Shown here piece after piece: positions 17,234 through 19,128 of a stretch of 19,128 nt of DNA. Both the position numbers and the translations under genes were made by a program. Below the pieces are notes generated by a model, which had not been told where the DNA came from, did not search any database, and saw only the letters and a program-made list of their open reading frames with translations. The DNA lies in contig CAZZXB010000025.1 of NCBI GenBank assembly GCA_964658025.1, positions 6,963 through 26,090 of the forward strand. The letters are read 5' to 3'. The DNA comes from an uncultured Janthinobacterium sp. Its GTDB lineage: Bacteria > Vulcanimicrobiota > Vulcanimicrobiia > Vulcanimicrobiales > Vulcanimicrobiaceae. Position 1 is the first letter of the stretch, and each line of letters opens with the position of its first letter.

Positions 17234-18860
17234 GTTCGACGTATCTCCCGTAGACTTCGACCATCGCGGCGACGATCTCGCCTTCGGTCGCGAGCGCGCC
17301 GACCGCTTCGATCAGCGGCGGCATCACGTTTTCGGTTTCGTTCGCGCACGCGCGCTTGAGCGCCGCGAGCGCGCGTTCGAGACGCGCGCCGTCGCGCGAC
17401 GCGCGGACGTCCGCCACGGCGCGCGCCTGATTGCGTTCGACGTCGCGACCGATCGAGAGCAGCGCCATCGATTCGTCTTCGACTTTTTCGAACGCGTTGA
17501 CGCCGACGATCACGCGATCTTTCGTCTCGAGCGAGCGCTGGTAGCGATACGACGCGTCGGCGATCTCGTGTTGGAAGAAGCCGGCTTCGATCGCTTCGAT
17601 CACGCCGCCGTACGCCTCGATCTGCGCGAAATAGGCTTCGGCCCGACGCTCCATCTCGTCCGTGAGCGACTCGACGAAGTACGAACCGCCGAGCGGGTCG
17701 ACGACGTTGGTCACGCCCGTTTCGTACGCGAGCACCTGCTGGGTGCGCAGCGCGATCTCGACGTTCTTCTCGCTCGGGAGCGCCATCACTTCGTCCATCG
17801 AGTTCGTATGCAACGACTGCGTCCCGCCGAGGACGGCGGAGAGCGCTTCGTACGCGACGCGGACGATGTTGTTCTCCGGTTGCTGCGCCGTCGCGCTACA
17901 GCCCGCGGTCTGCGTGTGGAAGCGGAGCATCCACGAGCGGGGATCGCGCGCGCCGTATCGCTCGCGCATCCGACGCGCGTAGATCCGACGCGCCGCCCGA
18001 AACTTCGCGATCTCCTCGAAAAAATCGATGTGCGCGTTGAAGAAGAACGAGAGTCGCGGTGCGAACGCGTCGACGTCCATCCCGGCCGCGATCGCCGCTT
18101 CGACGTATGCGAACCCGTCGGCGAGCGTGAACGCGAGTTCTTGCGCCGCGGTCGATCCGGCTTCGCGGATGTGGTACCCGCTCACCGAGATCGTATTCCA
18201 CTTCGGCATCTCGGCCGTGCAGAATTTCATCATGTCGACGATGAGACGCACGTGCGGCCGGGGCGGAAAGATCCATTCTTTCTGCGCGATGTACTCTTTG
18301 AGGATGTCGGCCTGCATCGTTCCGCCGAGCGCGGCGCGCGGGATCCCCTTGGACTCGGCCGTCGCGATGAATTGCGCGAGCGCGATCGGCGCGGGACCGT
18401 TGATCGTCATCGACGTCGTGATCGCGCCGAGATCGATCCCGTCGAAGAGCGTCTGCATGTCGCGTAGCGTGTCGATCGCGACGCCGCACTTTCCGACCTC
18501 GCCGAGCGATTGCGGCGCGTCGGAATCGAAGCCCATGAGCGTCGGCATGTCGAAGGCGACCGAGAGCCCCGTCTGACCGTTCGCGAGCAAGAAATGGTAC
18601 CGCTCGTTCGTCTGGCGCGCGTTGCCGAAGCCCGCGAACTGCCGCATCGTCCAGAGCCGATCGCGATAGCCGCCGGCATGGATGCCGCGCGTATACGGAT
18701 ACGCGCCCGGCTCGCCGAGATCGCGCGCCGCGTCGAGATCGCGGAGATCCGCGGGACCGTACGTCGATTGCAACGGCACGTCCGAAATCGTCCGATCGAC
18801 CGCGCCCGATCCCGGTTCGCTTCGGCCGTGACGTTTGGTCGGCTCGATCGTTTTGGCCAC
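17220..18860 (-). CDS. icmA: B12-dependent acyl-CoA mutase large subunit, isobutyryl-CoA mutase type
   Basis: AAGGAG lies 8 nt before GTG. Motifs [44 protein letters not shown] and DPLGGS, with no B12 domain. F75/Q193 occupy the MCM Y89/R207 positions. Confidence 0.85.
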   Translation of the reverse strand: MAKTIEPTKRHGRSEPGSGAVDRTISDVPLQSTYGPADLRDLDAARDLGEPGAYPYTRGIHAGGYRDRLWTMRQFAGFGNARQTNERYHFLLANGQTGLSVAFDMPTLMGFDSDAPQSLGEVGKCGVAIDTLRDMQTLFDGIDLGAITTSMTINGPAPIALAQFIATAESKGIPRAALGGTMQADILKEYIAQKEWIFPPRPHVRLIVDMMKFCTAEMPKWNTISVSGYHIREAGSTAAQELAFTLADGFAYVEAAIAAGMDVDAFAPRLSFFFNAHIDFFEEIAKFRAARRIYARRMRERYGARDPRSWMLRFHTQTAGCSATAQQPENNIVRVAYEALSAVLGGTQSLHTNSMDEVMALPSEKNVEIALRTQQVLAYETGVTNVVDPLGGSYFVESLTDEMERRAEAYFAQIEAYGGVIEAIEAGFFQHEIADASYRYQRSLETKDRVIVGVNAFEKVEDESMALLSIGRDVERNQARAVADVRASRDGARLERALAALKRACANETENVMPPLIEAVGALATEGEIVAAMVEVYGRYVERAAY

Positions 18861-19063
18861 GGGTGGAGCTCCTTTCGCCGCACGGCGTTATTCCGCGCGT
18901 CGCTTCGAGGGCTCTTCGCCGCGAACGCGTTAGGCGACTTCCCGATACGGCGCCACGCACGCGGTCGTGTCGCGACCTCGCGATCTGGGGCCCCGATATA
19001 CCGACGACGACCGGCCTCGCAAGCGATCCCGTATCTCGCTCGTCGGGCGCGCGAGAGGAACGC

Positions 19064-19128
19064 TCAGCCGTTGAGCACGCCCGCCGCGCCGCCCTCGGTC
19101 ATCGAGCGCACCGCGTCGAGCGAGACGT
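19064..19128 (-). CDS. 3' end of an upstream minus-strand gene (partial), product unknown
   Basis: Reads VSLDAVRSMTEGGAAGVLNG-TGA (stop 19064-19066) with typical GC3-rich codons. Confidence 0.5.
   Translation of the reverse strand, partial: VSLDAVRSMTEGGAAGVLNG

Noticed and set aside
402..18960. Many long overlapping ORFs in the track (e.g. 3049-4446, 7095-9350, 9554-11263, 12332-14116, 16833-18467)
   Set aside because: They are Arg-rich shadow or antisense frames of recognisable genes, expected in high-GC DNA, and carry no motifs.
18861..19063. Cobalamin riboswitch upstream of the B12 mutase
   Set aside because: Only an isolated GGGAAG is present. The other conserved elements (GCCACTG, B12 box) are not visible. 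An Rfam scan would settle it.
1..19128. CRISPR arrays, tRNA/rRNA genes, IS elements, prophage or defence genes
   Set aside because: I saw no spaced repeats, cloverleafs, transposase or integrase motifs, or compositional island.

Overview
This is a high-GC (about 69% by eye) bacterial chromosomal segment made up mostly of housekeeping genes. It has no rRNA, tRNA, CRISPR array or mobile element that I can support. Its style is compatible with a Terrabacteria lineage such as Ca. Eremiobacterota, but that is an unverified impression. Gene order: partial CDS(+), MgtC/SapB-family(+), uvrB(-), DUF3280-like exported protein(-), frameshifted sensor kinase(-), OmpR-family regulator(-), membrane-anchored CBM-like protein(+), prs-rplY-pth(+), then a long minus-strand run read as icmA-like mutase, two paralogous VirB10/TrbI-like exported proteins, B12-binding subunit, gltX, glmU, thyX, M48 pseudopeptidase, tag. 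Most notable observations: (1) two translationally coupled VirB10/TrbI-like paralogues sit between the subunits of a B12 acyl-CoA mutase whose specificity residues (F75/Q193) are isobutyryl-CoA-mutase type; (2) pth is in frame directly after the rplY TAA with no ATG/GTG/TTG, implying a CTG start or readthrough; (3) the Ste24/M48 homologue has lost several catalytic residues and probably also starts at CTG; (4) the histidine kinase has a frameshift near 5110; (5) the response regulator appears leaderless; (6) GluRS is Pseudomonas-type; (7) an inversion may have split glmU from prs-rplY-pth.
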